From the human T2T-CHM13v2.0 reference genome, Homo sapiens: a stretch of DNA of 64,000 nucleotides. The DNA is taken from assembly GCF_009914755.1 (NCBI RefSeq), contig NC_060929.1, one strand, 5' to 3'. The translations under genes were made by a program, and so were the position numbers. The stretch's first letter is position 1. Every line of letters begins with the position of its first letter. Positions 1-13,492 of the stretch are shown piece by piece. Under the pieces are notes generated by a model, which saw only the letters and a program-made list of their open reading frames with translations, ran no database searches and was not told where the DNA came from.

Positions 1-545
1 GTTTGTCTGTTACTGGTGTATAGAAATGCTCGCGATTTTTGTACACTGATTTTCTATCCCGAGACACTGCTGAAGTTCTTATCAGCTTAAGGAGATTTTG
101 GTCTGAGATGATGGGGTTTTTTAAACATACAATCATGTCATCTGCAAACAAAGACAATTTGACTTCTTCTTTTCCTATTTGAATACCTTTTTTTCTTTCT
201 CTTGCTTGATTGCCCTGGCCAGAATTTCCAACACTATGTGGAACAGGAGTGGTGAGAGAGGGCATCCTTGTCTTATGCCGGTTTTCAAAGGGAATGCTTC
301 CAGTTTTTGCCCATTCAGTATAATATTGGCTGTGGGTTTGTCATAAATAGCTCTTATTATTTTGAGATACATTCCATTGATACCTAGTTTATTGAGAGCT
401 TTTAGCATGAAGGGGTGTTGAATTTTATCGAAGGCCTTTTCTGTATCTCTTGAGATAATCATGTGGTTTTTGTCATTGGTTGTGTTTATTTGATGGATAA
501 CATTTATTGATTTGCATATGTTGAACCAGCCTTGCATCCCAGGTA
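1..545 (-). mobile_element. LINE-1 ORF2 (reverse transcriptase region) fragment, runs off the window start
   Basis: ORF 175..633(-) contains [18 protein letters not shown]...[14 protein letters not shown], matching the L1 RT peptide at 24699..26141. Confidence 0.9.
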
Positions 546-695
546 TTGAGATGGAGTCTTGCTTTTTCACCCAGGCTGGAGTGCAGTGGCATGATCTCAG
601 CTCACTGCAACCTCCACCTCCTGGTTCAAGCAATTCTCAAGCTTCAGCCTCCCAAGTAGCTGGGATTACAGGGGCCCACCACCATGCTCGGCTAA

Positions 696-732
<37 letters not shown>

Positions 733-852
733 AGTAGAGATGGGGTTTCGCCAAGTTGGCCAGGCTGTTCTCGAACTCCTGACCTCACGTGATCTATCCG
801 CTTTGGCCTCCCAAAGTGCTGGGATTACAGGTGTGCATCACCGTGCCCGGCC
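546..852 (-). mobile_element. Alu (AluS-like) with a (TG)~16 microsatellite in its central linker (698-730) and no poly-A tail
   Basis: Reverse-complement Alu arms (cccaggctggagtgcagtggc ... cccaaagtgctgggattacagg ... cccggcc); abuts the L1 fragment directly. Confidence 0.92.
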
Positions 853-864
853 TGTACAGCATTT

Positions 865-955
865 TTAAAATATGAAAAACATTCTTACCTTCAGGATGGT
901 ACAAATACAGGTTACAGGTCAATTTTAACTGGCCGGTCATAGTTTGCCCATTCCT
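865..955. mobile_element. hAT-Charlie (MER58-like) terminal fragment
   Basis: aaaacattctta...ggtacaaatacagg...ggtcatagtttgcccattcctg resembles the MER58 terminus. Confidence 0.55.
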
Positions 956-1586
956 GGAAAGAAGGGGAAGAAGGAACCAAAGAGTCTGAGGGCCTGCAAA
1001 AAGTTTTAGTTGAGAGATGAAAGTAAGGGATAAGAAGAGACAGATACTGTAGTATCTATAGGGTGAAAGACAGAGATTGGGATTACTACATCTATAGTTG
1101 TAGGTTCTAAATGGATCCTCCTTAGATGTCCTTCAAGTTACTGGATTGAGTTTCTTTGAAGGAAAAAAAGTGTTAAATCTGCGGTCTACATGTCCTAGTC
1201 TTAGTTCCTTCTAAACTATATATATCCACATGTCTAATCTTGTTTCCTCATCTAAACTATATAGCCTTGAGAACAATTAAGGGAAGGGTAGATCGCCACC
1301 TACGTGGTATTTGGCCTTCAGATCAATGCTTAGTCTCATTACTAGGTCTCAAAGGCCATCTATTTCCTTTTCTTATTGTTGCTACTGGTTCCTGGCTCTG
1401 TTATTTATGCTAATAGAAAAGGCTTGTATTGTTCATCAATTATTACAGCTCTTTTAGTTTAGTGGTTCATTTAATATTACAGTTCTCTATATTGAAGGCC
1501 TTGCATCAGTTTCTGGGCCAATGACCTGATGACGATAACAACAACAACAATAGTAATTTAAAAGTGGGCTTTACCACTGTTCCATA

Positions 1587-1710
1587 TCATTTATTCCCAC
1601 AATAACCCTATAAAGGAAGTATTCCTCTAGATGAGAAAAGTGAGGCTCAATGCATTTAAGTAACTTATCCAAGGGCAGAGCTAGTAAAGGGCAGAACTGT
1701 ATATTTAACA
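1587..1710 (-). mobile_element. MIR fragment
   Basis: gatgagaaaagtgaggctca...aagtaacttatccaagg MIR core. Confidence 0.7.
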
Positions 1711-1935
1711 GACACAATGCAGTCTCTTAAAAACAAAATCCCTTAATGCTCACAAACCAGTAACCCAGATACAGCCCAGACACTTCAATTCTCTCCATCT
1801 TGGAGTATGGTCATGGTCTCATTTTCCATCCTCAGTTTCCAAGAAGGCTGAAGTACCCTTATTTATCTAAGTTCTGAATTGGGTTTAGGGCACCAGATCT
1901 AGGGATGTTTGGGAACATCATATACTTAAAATTTC

Positions 1936-3681
1936 AGAAGTCCTAGGGAGAGCAATCAGGCAAGAGAAATAAGTAAAAGGAATCCAGATAGGAAAAGAAG
2001 AAGTCAAACTATCTCTCTTTGCTGACAATATAATTCTATACATAAAGAATCCTAAAGACTCCACCAGAAGGCTCCCAGAACTGATAAACAATTTCAGTAA
2101 AGTTTCAGGCTACAAAATCAATGTATTAATAAAAAAATCAGTAGCATTTTTATACAGTAATAACGTTCAAGCTAAGAGTCAAATCAAGAACACAATCCCA
2201 TTTATAATAGCCACACGAAAAATAAAATAGGAATACATCTAACCAAGAAGATGAAAGATCTCTACAAGGAGCACTATAAAACACTGCTGAAAGAAATCAT
2301 AGGTGACACAAAGGGAAAAATATTCCATGCTCATGGATTGGAAAAATCGGTATTGTTAAAATGGCCATAAAGCCCAAAGCGATCTACAGATTCAATGCTA
2401 TTCCTATCAAACACCAAACTATCAATGTTGTTTTTCACAGAATTAGAAAAAAACTATTCTAATACTCATATAGAATGAAAAAATACCCCACATAGCCAAA
2501 GCATTCCTAAGCAAAAAGAAGAAAGCTAGAGGCATCACATTACCTGACTTCAAACTATGTTATAAAGCTACAGTAACCAAAACAGCATGGTACTGGTACA
2601 AAACCAGACACAAAGACCAATAGAACAAAATACAGTACCCCAAAATAAAGCTGCACATCAACAGTCGTCTAATTTTTGACAAAGTTGACAAAAATAATCA
2701 AGAGGAAAGGACTCTATTCAATAAATGGTGCTGGGATAGCTAGCTAGCCATATGCAGAAGAATTCAACTGAACCCCTACCTTTCACCATATATAAAAATT
2801 AACTCAAGATGGATTACAGTTTTAAATGTAAAACCTCAAACTATAAGAATAGAATCTTAGAAGAAAACTTAGGCAACACCATTCTGAACAATGACCTTGG
2901 GAAATAATTTACAACTAAGTTCTCAATAGCAATTACAACAAAAAAATTGACAAGCATGACATAATTAAACTAAAGAGCTTTTGTGCAGCAAAAGAAACTC
3001 TCAACAGAGTAAAGAGACAACCTACAGAATGGAAAATAAATATCTGTAAACTATGCCTCTGATGACAGTCTAATATCCAGGATCTATAAGGAACTGAAAT
3101 CAACAAGCAAAAAATATATAACCTTGTTAAAAAGTGGGCAAAAGACAGAAACAGACTTTTCTCAAAAGAAGACATATAAGTGGCTGATAAACATGAAAAA
3201 ACTGCTCAACATCGCTAATCATCAGAGAGATGCAAATCAAAACCACAATGAGATACCATCTCACACCAGTCAGAATGGTTATTATCAAAAAGTCAAAAAA
3301 TGACAGATGCTGGTGAGGCTGTAGAGAAAAGGGGATGCTAATGCACTGTTAGTTCAGTCACTGTGGAAAGCAGTTTGGAGACTTCCCAAAGAACTAAAAA
3401 TAGACCCAGCAATCCCATTACATGCCACATGTTCTCACCTATAAGTGGAGCTAAACATAGTGTACTCACGGACATAAAGATGGCAACAATAGACACTGGG
3501 GACTACTGGCAGGGAGGGAGAGGGCAAGGGTTGAAAAACTAACTGTTGAGTACTATGTTCACTACCTGAGTAACAATATCAATCATACCCCAAACCTCAG
3601 TATCACACAATATACCCAGGTAACAAACCTGCACATGTACCCCCTGAATCTAAAATAAAAGTTAAAATTATTGAAAAAAAT
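1936..3681 (+). mobile_element. 5'-truncated old primate L1 (L1PA15-16/L1PB-like): ORF2 3' part plus 3'UTR, with internal deletions
   Basis: gcaatcaggcaagagaaa...gaagtcaaact ORF2 sequence; 3'UTR aacaaacctgcacatgtaccccctgaatctaaaataaaagtt and A-rich end; sequence jumps near 3420. Confidence 0.88.
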
Positions 3682-3778
3682 AAGATCATTTCTAGTAACT
3701 GGTCCAACCCTCCCCTCATCTTCCTTTCCTCATCTCTAATTGACCCTTTCTCCCTGAGGTTTTGCAGGTTATCTGCAC

Positions 3779-4188
3779 ACGTGTGGGTTTGGGAGGTAGA
3801 GTTGGATGAAAAATAGGCATAAATTTATCTCTCTGGGCACCTTTGTCTAAACTGATCTTAGGAATATCTTCAAATCATGACAAATAAATAAAATGATGAT
3901 TTTTAAAGTATGTGTATTGCCAGATTAGAAACTCTTTTTCAAATGTAAGTCCTGCATGAGACAAAGAAAACACCTTTCTTTGGGTAGGAAGGGGTGGGTG
4001 GTCTCACATTTAGTTGAAGCATATGGCTGCATTTGGAGTATAAATTTTTTCAATTTTAAAATGTTTACTTTTTCCTTTATAAAAAGAACACATGCTTGTT
4101 ATGTACAATTTGAAAAATATGCTGCAAATAATTTATTGAATTTTTTAAAGATATAAATTTATGGATATTGGAAGAATCTCTCCCTATA
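3779..4188 (+). repeat. Copy 1 of a ~400-bp local direct duplication (partner 6437-6817)
   Basis: Colinear blocks shared with copy 2, e.g. tttgtctaaactgatctta, agaaactctttttcaaat, ggctgcatttggagtat, ttttaaaatgtttactttttcctttataaa, ctgcaaataatttattgaatttt. Confidence 0.9.
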
Positions 4189-6436
4189 CAGTGATCCCAC
4201 TATGCTTTTTCTACAGCTGAAATCAGAACTGGAAGAGGTCTTAGAAATCATCTAGTCCGACCACCTCCTTTGACAGATGAGGAAGAACACATGTTCCGTA
4301 TGATTACATTTTGATGTTCTCTTATAGTTGGCTCATTCCCTAAGGATTTTTTAAAAAGATTTATCTTTTTTTAAAAACTTGAGATACTATTAAATTGGCT
4401 AAAATTCAAATAAACACATCCTCCCTACATTCTCTCTCTCCATCTCTGCTCTGACTCTCAAAGATGCATATGCTGCCTCTTAGACTGTTCAACATATGGG
4501 GCCTCTGCATTGATGCCAAAAGTCCAGCAGTGTCTGGAACTGCCACAGGGCGGCCCACCGAGAGAGAGCATTTTGAGACAAAGGTCCAGCTGCCTCATTC
4601 TTGGGCAGTCACTGGAAGCAAGACAGCAAAATAGCTGTGGCTTTGCTGACCTTCTCAGGAGACCTATGGGCTTGAATCTGGCCTCTATCTGGGGAGAGGT
4701 GTAGAGGGACTGGAAAAAGGGAATAGGAGAAGGGAAAAGAAAATGAGAACTACCTTGGAAACAACAGTATTGAAAGTGGATTAACCATCGCTATAAATAA
4801 AAAACACATAACGCACATTAAATCTCACAATAGGATTTTTCTGTCATGTGCCTACTTTTAGATTCCAAAAGTTTTTAAGTATGACAAGATTCAGAGCTCT
4901 TTTTCAAAAGATGGAGGATCCACAGGATGGGCAGGCACCATGAGTGGGGTCAATCAGTCTTTGCCTCTCCATTCTTCTCCTTTCTGGTGCATAACCTTTG
5001 AAGGAAGAACATATGTGTAAGAGCTATGAGTCTGGTTTAGCATACATAAATTCTGAAAATATCGTGCTTCCAGACACAACTGGCTTCACATCAGAAAAAC
5101 CTTTCCAGGGTAAACACTTTGTTTAAATATTAAACTTAAGTAAAGCCAGACGCAAGAATACAGTCTAAATAGCAAAGAAAGGCCATAATGACCTTAAGTG
5201 GAAAAGAATTAATAAAAGATTCCCCAAGCTGACAAGCCTTTCTGGCACAGAATGACAGCTGCAGATACCAATGATCCCTGAAGTTTTTCATTTTTCAGAT
5301 TTGATGCACTGCCTTCGGTTGTGACAAATACACACTCCAGTTTTTTTAAACCTTAGCCTTTGCCTTGATCGTAGGAATAAGTACTCTGTTTTTGTACCTT
5401 AAGATTTTCTTCTCTAATATTTTTTCCCGGAATTACAAAATCATCATCTTAAAACACCATTACTATGAAGTCCTTAGATTTCAATGCTAATGGGGAAGAA
5501 GAAGGTGCCTAAAAACAAGGAGGGAAAATCATTCAAGACATCTCCAGGACAGCTCCACAAATAGAGGTATAACATTTGATTCTGACCTTTTTAATCTTGT
5601 ATCTTATTTATTCCTCTCAGTAAAGAAGGTTTGAAATGTGGATTAAATTTTAATCCATTTTGTGTACTATATATTGCATGAATCAGGTAAAAGTTAACAT
5701 TGTTTGTTGGATGCTCCAATTTACTATTAACCTTCAGTCAGTCATCAGTGTCTGCCCAGTCTCTACTGGTCATCAGGAAAATCCTACAGAGGGCCAGCTG
5801 GCCTCATTACTGGGAATAAAATAGCACAAATGGCTCACGAACTAATCAATTATGCAAATATCCTTGGGTCAGAGAAGATCCTTACTGGAAGCCAATTTGA
5901 TATTCTTCAGCACCAGGGATTTAAGTGAAAGAAAAACAACTAATTCAGAAAGCTGGAGAACAGAACCTATGAGGAAAGCTAAAATAAACAAATTAGCCTC
6001 GGAAAGATAAGGTTGAAGAATGTTCTGAAAAAGGTCTTCCTGTATATATGAAAAGCAGAAAAGGTGGTTGGGGAAAGGAAGAAAGAAAAAGAATAAAATG
6101 AGACCAATATGGTGATGCAAGGAATTTAACACTATAACTGGGAGCTGAGAAAGGGTGCATTCATTCACTCATCTGACATTACCCCAAGAGTGTACTCTCA
6201 GCCAGACACTAGCTGTGTGCTGCCTCAGCGGAGGCCAGGTACCCACCTTCCTGTGATGATTTCTGTGAGGACTTATCTAAACACAAAGGGATTGAGAGTC
6301 AGCTTATTTAAAATTATTTACTTCTTTTTTGAGGGAAGTAGGGCAAGGTAGAGTGGAACAGGAAAAGAGCAGTCATGGAGGAGGCTCAGAGGTAAAACTG
6401 CCCATGTGTTATAGCTGTTACATCCCAGGACAGTCT

Positions 6437-6817
6437 ACATGTGGGTTTGGGAAGTGGAGGAGGACAAAAAATAGGCATGAATTTATCTCTTCGGGCACAT
6501 TTGTCTAAACTGATCTTAGAAGTTTCTTCAAATCACAACAAATAAATGACGATTTTTAAAGATGTGTATTGCCAGATCAGAAACTCTTTTTCAAATTTAT
6601 AGTCCTATGTAGGTGAAGTACACGGCTGCATTTGGAGTATGATTTTTTCCATTTTAAAATGTTTACTTTTTCCTTTATAAAGAGAACACATGAAATTATA
6701 TACAGTTTGCACAATTGCACAATGTATAATTTGCAGTGTATTTTACACTGCAAATAATTTATTGAATTTTAAAGATAAAGATAAGAGTTTACGGACATTG
6801 GAAGGGTCTCTCCTTAT
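6437..6817 (+). repeat. Copy 2 of the ~400-bp local direct duplication (partner 3779-4188)
   Basis: Same colinear blocks; lacks ~55 bp present in copy 1 and has a palindromic insert at 6729-6755. Confidence 0.9.
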
Positions 6818-8160
6818 GTCCACACTCCCCTAAGTCTCTCAGAATGAAATTCTTTCATTTGACTCTCTCCTGGAGTTAGGGTGGAAGTTCACAGTTAAAA
6901 TAAGAAACTGAGTTGGAGAGAAATAACATTAAATGTTACCTTATTAGCACCTTACCTTGAATTAGTTTATTAATTTAAGCCTAGAGAATGGACTTGAGGA
7001 ACCTGAGAAGCCTCAGAAAGACTCAGGCTGCAGAAGAATCTCTGGGAGGACAAAAGTGAACTCCATTAGCTGCTGTGGAGTTAGCTATGGGCCTCGCCTT
7101 GGTGGGGACCCGGGAGCTTGAGGTAGTTCTTTGGCAAATATAGCTGCCTTTGACTGATGTGATGCCCCCCCAAGCCTGGCAGCATCATGAACAGAAATGT
7201 GTGCGAACCCCAGGAGATAAAACATTTTGGCCAGGACCATTTGCTTAACATGACCCTTACAGGACCCAGCATGCTTTTGAAGCTATGTAACAGATGTTCT
7301 CACAGCATATGCTACATGTAGAAATGCTTGTGAGGTATTTCAGAATTTCCACTTCCCTCTTTAGAGCTGATTTTGGATTTCTTTTCATAAGCATTTTAAA
7401 ACATGTTCCACTCAAACTGCCTCTTCCATGGTACACATGTACCTACGTGCTGAGAAAGTGTCACTCTCCAGAGGGAACAGTTCTGTTAATGCACCATCAG
7501 CATCTTCAGTAAGGTCTCCAGAAGGCAACTTCTTGAAATGCTATTACAAAGCATTTTTACCTTTCTATTCTGGAAGAGGACTCTTAGCCTTCATTTTATT
7601 ATAAAAATGTATTAGCAGAAGGGCCTTGTAGGTTGTAATTCATCCTTTCTGAAGACAGCCCCTACCCTCCTTTTTTTTCACCCCCATTCTCTCTCTGACC
7701 CACATCCTTTCTGCTTCTTTTATTCTAATGCATCTTTCCTTTTCCACAATTGCATTTTTTTTTCTTTTCTACACTGCCCTAGGCTGTAACTCAGTTTGGT
7801 CTCTGTAAGCAGAATTCAGGAAGTAAAATAAGAACCCATAGCTGGTGGCATACTGCCAACCACACCTATAAGATGCTTTATCTCAGTACACCCTTTCACT
7901 ACTTCTTCACACTCCTGAGATGAAGCCCACTACACTAGAAAGCTTTCCCTTGCTCTGTACTACAACAAAAGGCCCTCAGATAAAGCAAGGGATCTTTTAG
8001 GAAGAGATGAAGAAAGAATAACGATTTAGCAACTAGCATTTTAAATTAAATCTACAGTTTATCCAGACCATTTGTTTTTATTATTGTACTGGTCACCATG
8101 ACAACCCTGAGAGGAAAGCATGTTTTGTATCATCTCCATTTCATGGATTAAGAAAACTGA

Positions 8161-8460
8161 GGCTGGGTGCGGTGACTCATGCCTGTAATCCCAGCACTTT
8201 GGGAGGCCGAGGCGGGCGGATCACCTGAGTTCGGGAGTTCAAGACCAGCCTGACCAACATGGAGAGACCTCGTCTCTACTAAAAATACAAAATTAGCCAG
8301 GCATGGTGGCGCATGCCTGTAATCCCAGATACTCAGGAGGCTGAGGCAGGAGAATCACTTGAACCTGGGAGGTGGAGGTTGCACCTTTGCACTCCAGCCT
8401 GGGCAACAAGAGTGAAACTCTGTCTCAAAAAAAGAAGGAAGGAAGGAGGGAAGGAAGGAA
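8161..8460 (+). mobile_element. Alu (AluSp/Sq-like) with a (GAAG)n tail, inserted into a MIR
   Basis: Alu arms with tcgggagttcaagaccagcctgaccaacatggag; TSD aaaactga on both sides; MIR sequence at ~8085-8160 and 8461-8505. Confidence 0.9.
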
Positions 8461-8514
8461 AAACTGAGGCTTGGAATAATCACATCACTTGCCCAAGCCA
8501 CACACCAAGTTTTT

Positions 8515-9406
8515 CAACTATCCACTGCTGTGTAACAAACCAATCTAAAATTTGGTGGCTTAAAAAATCAGTGTGTTTAACTACTCATGATTCTGTGGGT
8601 TGGCTGGGTTAGCTGAGCAGTCCTTTTGCTCTACATCATGTCCAACTGGGAGCCTGCCTAAGGCTGGAATGATCAAGATGGCTTCACCCCCATGTTTGGC
8701 TGTAGGCACTGGCTGTTGGCCAGGGCACTTCCGTTCTCCTCCACATGTCCCGTCAATCCTCCAAGAGCTCTTTCCTCATGATTTGTCCAGCAGGATAGCC
8801 TAGACTTAATATGACTGGGGCTTACAAGAGGGTGCAAACGGAAACTGCCAGGACACTGAAGCCTCAGGCCTGGAAGTCACACACCATCACTTCCACTGCC
8901 TTCTATTGGTCAAGGTAGGGTCAACCAGATTCCAGGGGGAGGAAATAGATCTACTTTCTAGACAAGGAAGCCACATGCATATATAGGAATGGGAAGAATT
9001 GTGGGCAGCTATATGCTGTGGTCTCAGTGTTTGTGTCCCCCCCAAATTCATATGTTAAAACTTAATCACCAATGTGATGGTATTAGAAGGTGAGGCCTTT
9101 GGGAGGTGATGAGGTCATGAGGGTAGAGCTCTCACAAATGGGATTAGTGCCCTTATAAAGGAGGCCCCAGAGAGCTGCCTTGCCCTTCTACCATATGAAG
9201 AGAGTGAAAGACAGCAAGCCATCTATGAACCAGGAAGCAGGCCCTTACCAGAGACTGAATCTGTCCACATCTTGATCATGGGCTTCTTGGCAACCAGAAC
9301 TGTGACACATTTCTGTCTTTTATAAGCTACCTGATTTATGGTATTTTGTTACAGCAGCCTAAACAGACTAAGACACTATATTTGCAGACAATCTATTAAT
9401 GCCACA
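8515..9406 (-). mobile_element. Old MaLR (MLT1-type) LTR split by a nested MLT1A
   Basis: ctgctgtgtaacaaacc...ggtggcttaaaa...ctcatgattctgtgggttggctggg; terminus resumes after 9380 (...gccaca). Confidence 0.6.
9014..9375 (+). mobile_element. MLT1A/MLT1A0-like solo MaLR LTR
   Basis: TG...CA ends (tgctgtggtc ... cagactaagaca) with a perfect 5-bp TSD CTATA (9009-9013, 9376-9380). Confidence 0.85.
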
Positions 9407-10537
9407 CCAGAAGGGCATAGTTGGAACTCAGAAAGATCAGTGATAAGCCACTATTCCAGTAATTCTTTAATGTTCAAGTCTAAGATTATGATTTCATTGC
9501 AGGTGCATGCACAGGTGCAGGATGTTAGTTCCCCATTTGGTCTCAGGTGACGTTGGCACCACTGCCAGTTTGCCTTTATGTGTCCTTTATTTGAAAGGAA
9601 GAGATTAACTTAGGCTTGTATATAATTATTGTTAATTTGGCTTAATAATCAGCCTTAATAATTAGCCTAAAGCAAATGTTCTCAATAAGAACTTTAAGAG
9701 CAGGGTATGAGGTGACAAAGTATCAACAACTGGCTGAATAATGGGTACTTGCTGATTAATGTTAATGGCAAAGAACCACTTGTCAGCAGAAATCATGGGA
9801 AGGAGGTTGTTTATGTGACTGTCTCAGCAGTCTTATTGAGTTTTCCAGCGTGAACGCATGTTCGGTGGTCACCCAATTAAACCCTGTCTTTAGACAGATG
9901 CATTGTTACATCTGAGATTCTTTTAGGTCTGAAACTCCTCCAATGCCTAACTCATCTAACACGTCCACTTCTCTGGGCCCCAGCTTGTACACACACACAA
10001 CACGTACACACACACACGGGCACACATACAGAGAGTCCTACCACCAAGAAATGTTGTAGAACAGCTTTTTTAAACAAGTGAAAATTAAGTTCAAAACTTT
10101 GTTTTCCAGATTCTCACAAATCTCTTGAAGTGACCAGAGCCCTCCTGGAGTGTCACAGCCTAGGCTGCTGTCACTGGGGCTTCACAGTCACCATGACACC
10201 CATGGCTTCAACTCCTCCTCCACCTCCCTCAGCAAAGGCAGGCGCCGTGATTCCCTTTCTGATTTTGAACCACCATGAAAGGTATTTCACTGCTCTGTGA
10301 AGGCATGCCTGCTTTCTAAGAGACTTTACAGCTGACTCCCAGCTGTTTATGTGTCTCCCCATTAAGCTGAATGGGAAGAAGAAAGTCACAGAGGAAAAGA
10401 TCTCTGGGGTAAGGGTGCAGGGACTAGGTTCAGGGAGAGGACACTCTAAATCCTGTTTGGTATTTAGTCACTGAGGCTTAAGTTTAGTTTGGTTGTTTAA
10501 AAAATGTACTCATAGTAACTTAAAAATTAAAGTAATA

Positions 10538-10830
10538 GCCAGGTGTGGTGGCTCACGCCTGTAATCCCTGCACTTTGGGAGGCTGAGGCGTGTGGATCAC
10601 CTGAGGTTGGGAGTTCGAGACCACCCTGACCAACATGGAGAAACCCCATCTCTACTAAAAATACAAAATTAGCCGGGTGTGATGGCACATGATTGTAATC
10701 CCAGCTGTTCGGCAGGCTGAGGCAGGAGAATTGCTTGAACCCAGGAGGCGGAGTTTGCGGTGGACGGAATATCGCGCTATTGCACTCCAGCCTGGGCAAC
10801 AAGAGCGAAACTCTGTCTCAAAAAAAAAAA
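10538..10830 (+). mobile_element. Alu (AluSp-like)
   Basis: Full dimer, poly-A, TSD aaaaattaaagtaata. Confidence 0.92.
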
Positions 10831-10876
10831 TTAAAGTAATAAATGTACATTTAAAAATATTTGAAAAAATCCTAAG

Positions 10877-11112
10877 ATCATAGCTCGATGCAGCCTTGAT
10901 CTCCTGGGCTTAAGTGATCCTCCCGTCTCAGCCTCCTTAGTAGCTGGGACCACAGGCATTTGCCACCACATCTGGCTAATTTTTATATTTTTTGTAGAGA
11001 CAGGGTCTTACTTTGTTGCCCAGGCTCGTCTACAACTCTTGGGCTCAAGTGATCCTCCCGCCTTGGCCTCCCAAAATGCTGGAATTACAGGCTTGAGCCA
11101 TGGTGCCTGGCC
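10877..11112 (-). mobile_element. AluJ, partial
   Basis: Reverse Alu with J-type gggctcaagtgatcctccc motifs. Confidence 0.85.
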
Positions 11113-12266
11113 TGTGTTTTTGTTTTCATATAATTTAGTAAGTTTGTAGCAGAATTGAGAGCCCAAGGCAGATGGATGATTGCCTTGAAAAGGTGTCACT
11201 TTTCTAGTTAAATGTCAGTCATAATAAAACCCTAAGGGAGGCTAATTGGGCCATTAATTTTTAATATCTTAACAATGTTAACAGACTTCAAAGGGAGAAT
11301 CTACAACAAAGATTCTAAGAAGAGTGTATAAATTCAAAAGATGTTCCCACATTATCAGCATTAACTGAAAGTACTTAATATTTGCTCTATAAGGACAGAC
11401 TTAAAGAAGTCCATCAACTATAAAATTTATTAGTAGAAAAATCATATTATATATGGAGGGGAAAATCAATGAATACACATATACATCTTGGGAGTTTTAA
11501 AAATATTTTGCCTATTTTGTTAAACCTAATATAGTACTAGAAAATGTTCATCTGGGAGAGGAAATACTACATGCATGCACACACAGTCATAAACTGAATA
11601 ATATTAAATAAATAGTAACAGCCTGAAATGAATAATTGCAGCTGAGGAGTCATGCACATGCACACTCAGAGATGTCACTTTCATTCTTCACTATCTGACC
11701 CCAGGCTCCAGGGTAAAATCCAAGCTCTCCCCCAGGACACACCAAGCATTTTATGTGCACTCCCTTTCCACCTGTTTGCTTATCCTCCCACCGCACCAAA
11801 GATCCAGTCCAACCTGACTTCTTGCAGTTTTCAAAAGTACTGAGATCCCATTTGGCTCAGCTGATGCCCCATTCCTGGTCATCCTCAACTTGGCAGACCC
11901 TTCTTCATGCCCATCACTCGGCTCAGCTGATGCCCCATTCCTGGCCGGCTCCAGGTCCCTTCTTGGCCAGCCAAGGCTGAAAGGCCACCTGCCTGCTAGC
12001 CCATATTTTCTCATCTTCATGTCTGTCCCTTACTAGAGTAGGGCTCCCTGAAGACAAGAGTGGCATCTTTTATGCTGCACTCCCCCCCACCATCACCACC
12101 ACCACCCCACCTGCACTTGGCACACGGCAGGAATTCAATAAATATTTATTCAGTGAATAAGGTCACGTCTCAGGGGTCTGTAACAACTAACAGCTTATCT
12201 GATAGGCATTTGCAAGAGATGGACGCCATGTCAACTCCTCACAGCAGCCCTCTGAGATGGGACATA

Positions 12267-12595
12267 CAAGTCTAAAGCCCTTTTCCAAATCTCTTGGGGA
12301 TATATATGTTTAGGATTTCAGAAATTTGTGTATTTTAGAAAGGCAATATGTTGTATTAAACAGTATACAATAGCCCCAGAGGAATTTGGGGCCATACCAA
12401 TAATCAAACATGTATAATGAACCAAACATAATCAGCCCCAAATATGAGCAATCATACTAAATGGAATAAAGACTATAAATAGACTCTGGTCAGTTCAAGT
12501 TTTATTACCTACTGAGTTTGCAGAAAACTTGTGAAAAAGCCGTCCATTTTACAGCTTTCTGTATTCAGAATTGCAGATAAAGAAGAACGGACCTG
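12267..12595. mobile_element. MER46C-like TcMar-Tigger MITE within a MIR
   Basis: ttttagaaagg...aataaagactataaatag...cagaattgcagataaag...ggacctg matches remembered MER46C organisation. Confidence 0.7.
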
Positions 12596-13009
12596 CACAA
12601 TTATCCCTATATATTTTGGAAATAAAGAGAGGTGCCACAGAAAGGGTAAATAAACTGACCAAGATCATACAGCTAATAAACTAGAATTTAATGCCTTACT
12701 CCAGAACTCTACTCTTTTAAAAAGGTTAAATTATGTAATATTTGATATACACAATATATGTGACACATATGTAGGTTAATGCATAGCAATTAAAATAATA
12801 AAATAAAACCGAACCTGCCACCTTACTTAGAGATATGAGCCCCTGATCTTAACTCCCAGGCACACCACCTCAGGACAGGCTAAGCCTAACCTATTTATGG
12901 CTATGTTACATAGGCTGAATTTTAATGGCTTAGGAATGCCACCTTCTTAGGTGGGACCCAGGAGATCACACAGCTATGACACCAGTCAGACTCTACCAGG
13001 GGAAATTAA

Positions 13010-13480
<471 letters not shown>

Positions 13481-13492
13481 AATGAGCACTAC

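Noticed and set aside
512-868. Alu-derived ORFs (also 10527-10802, 13049-13420, 16038-16292, 38235-38585, 43260-43643, 63470-63892)
   Set aside because: Typical Alu translations with no splice or coding support.
1186-1265. Small imperfect tandem duplications (also 20503-20532, 52488-52553, 61846-61890)
   Set aside because: Ordinary slippage products with no further structure.
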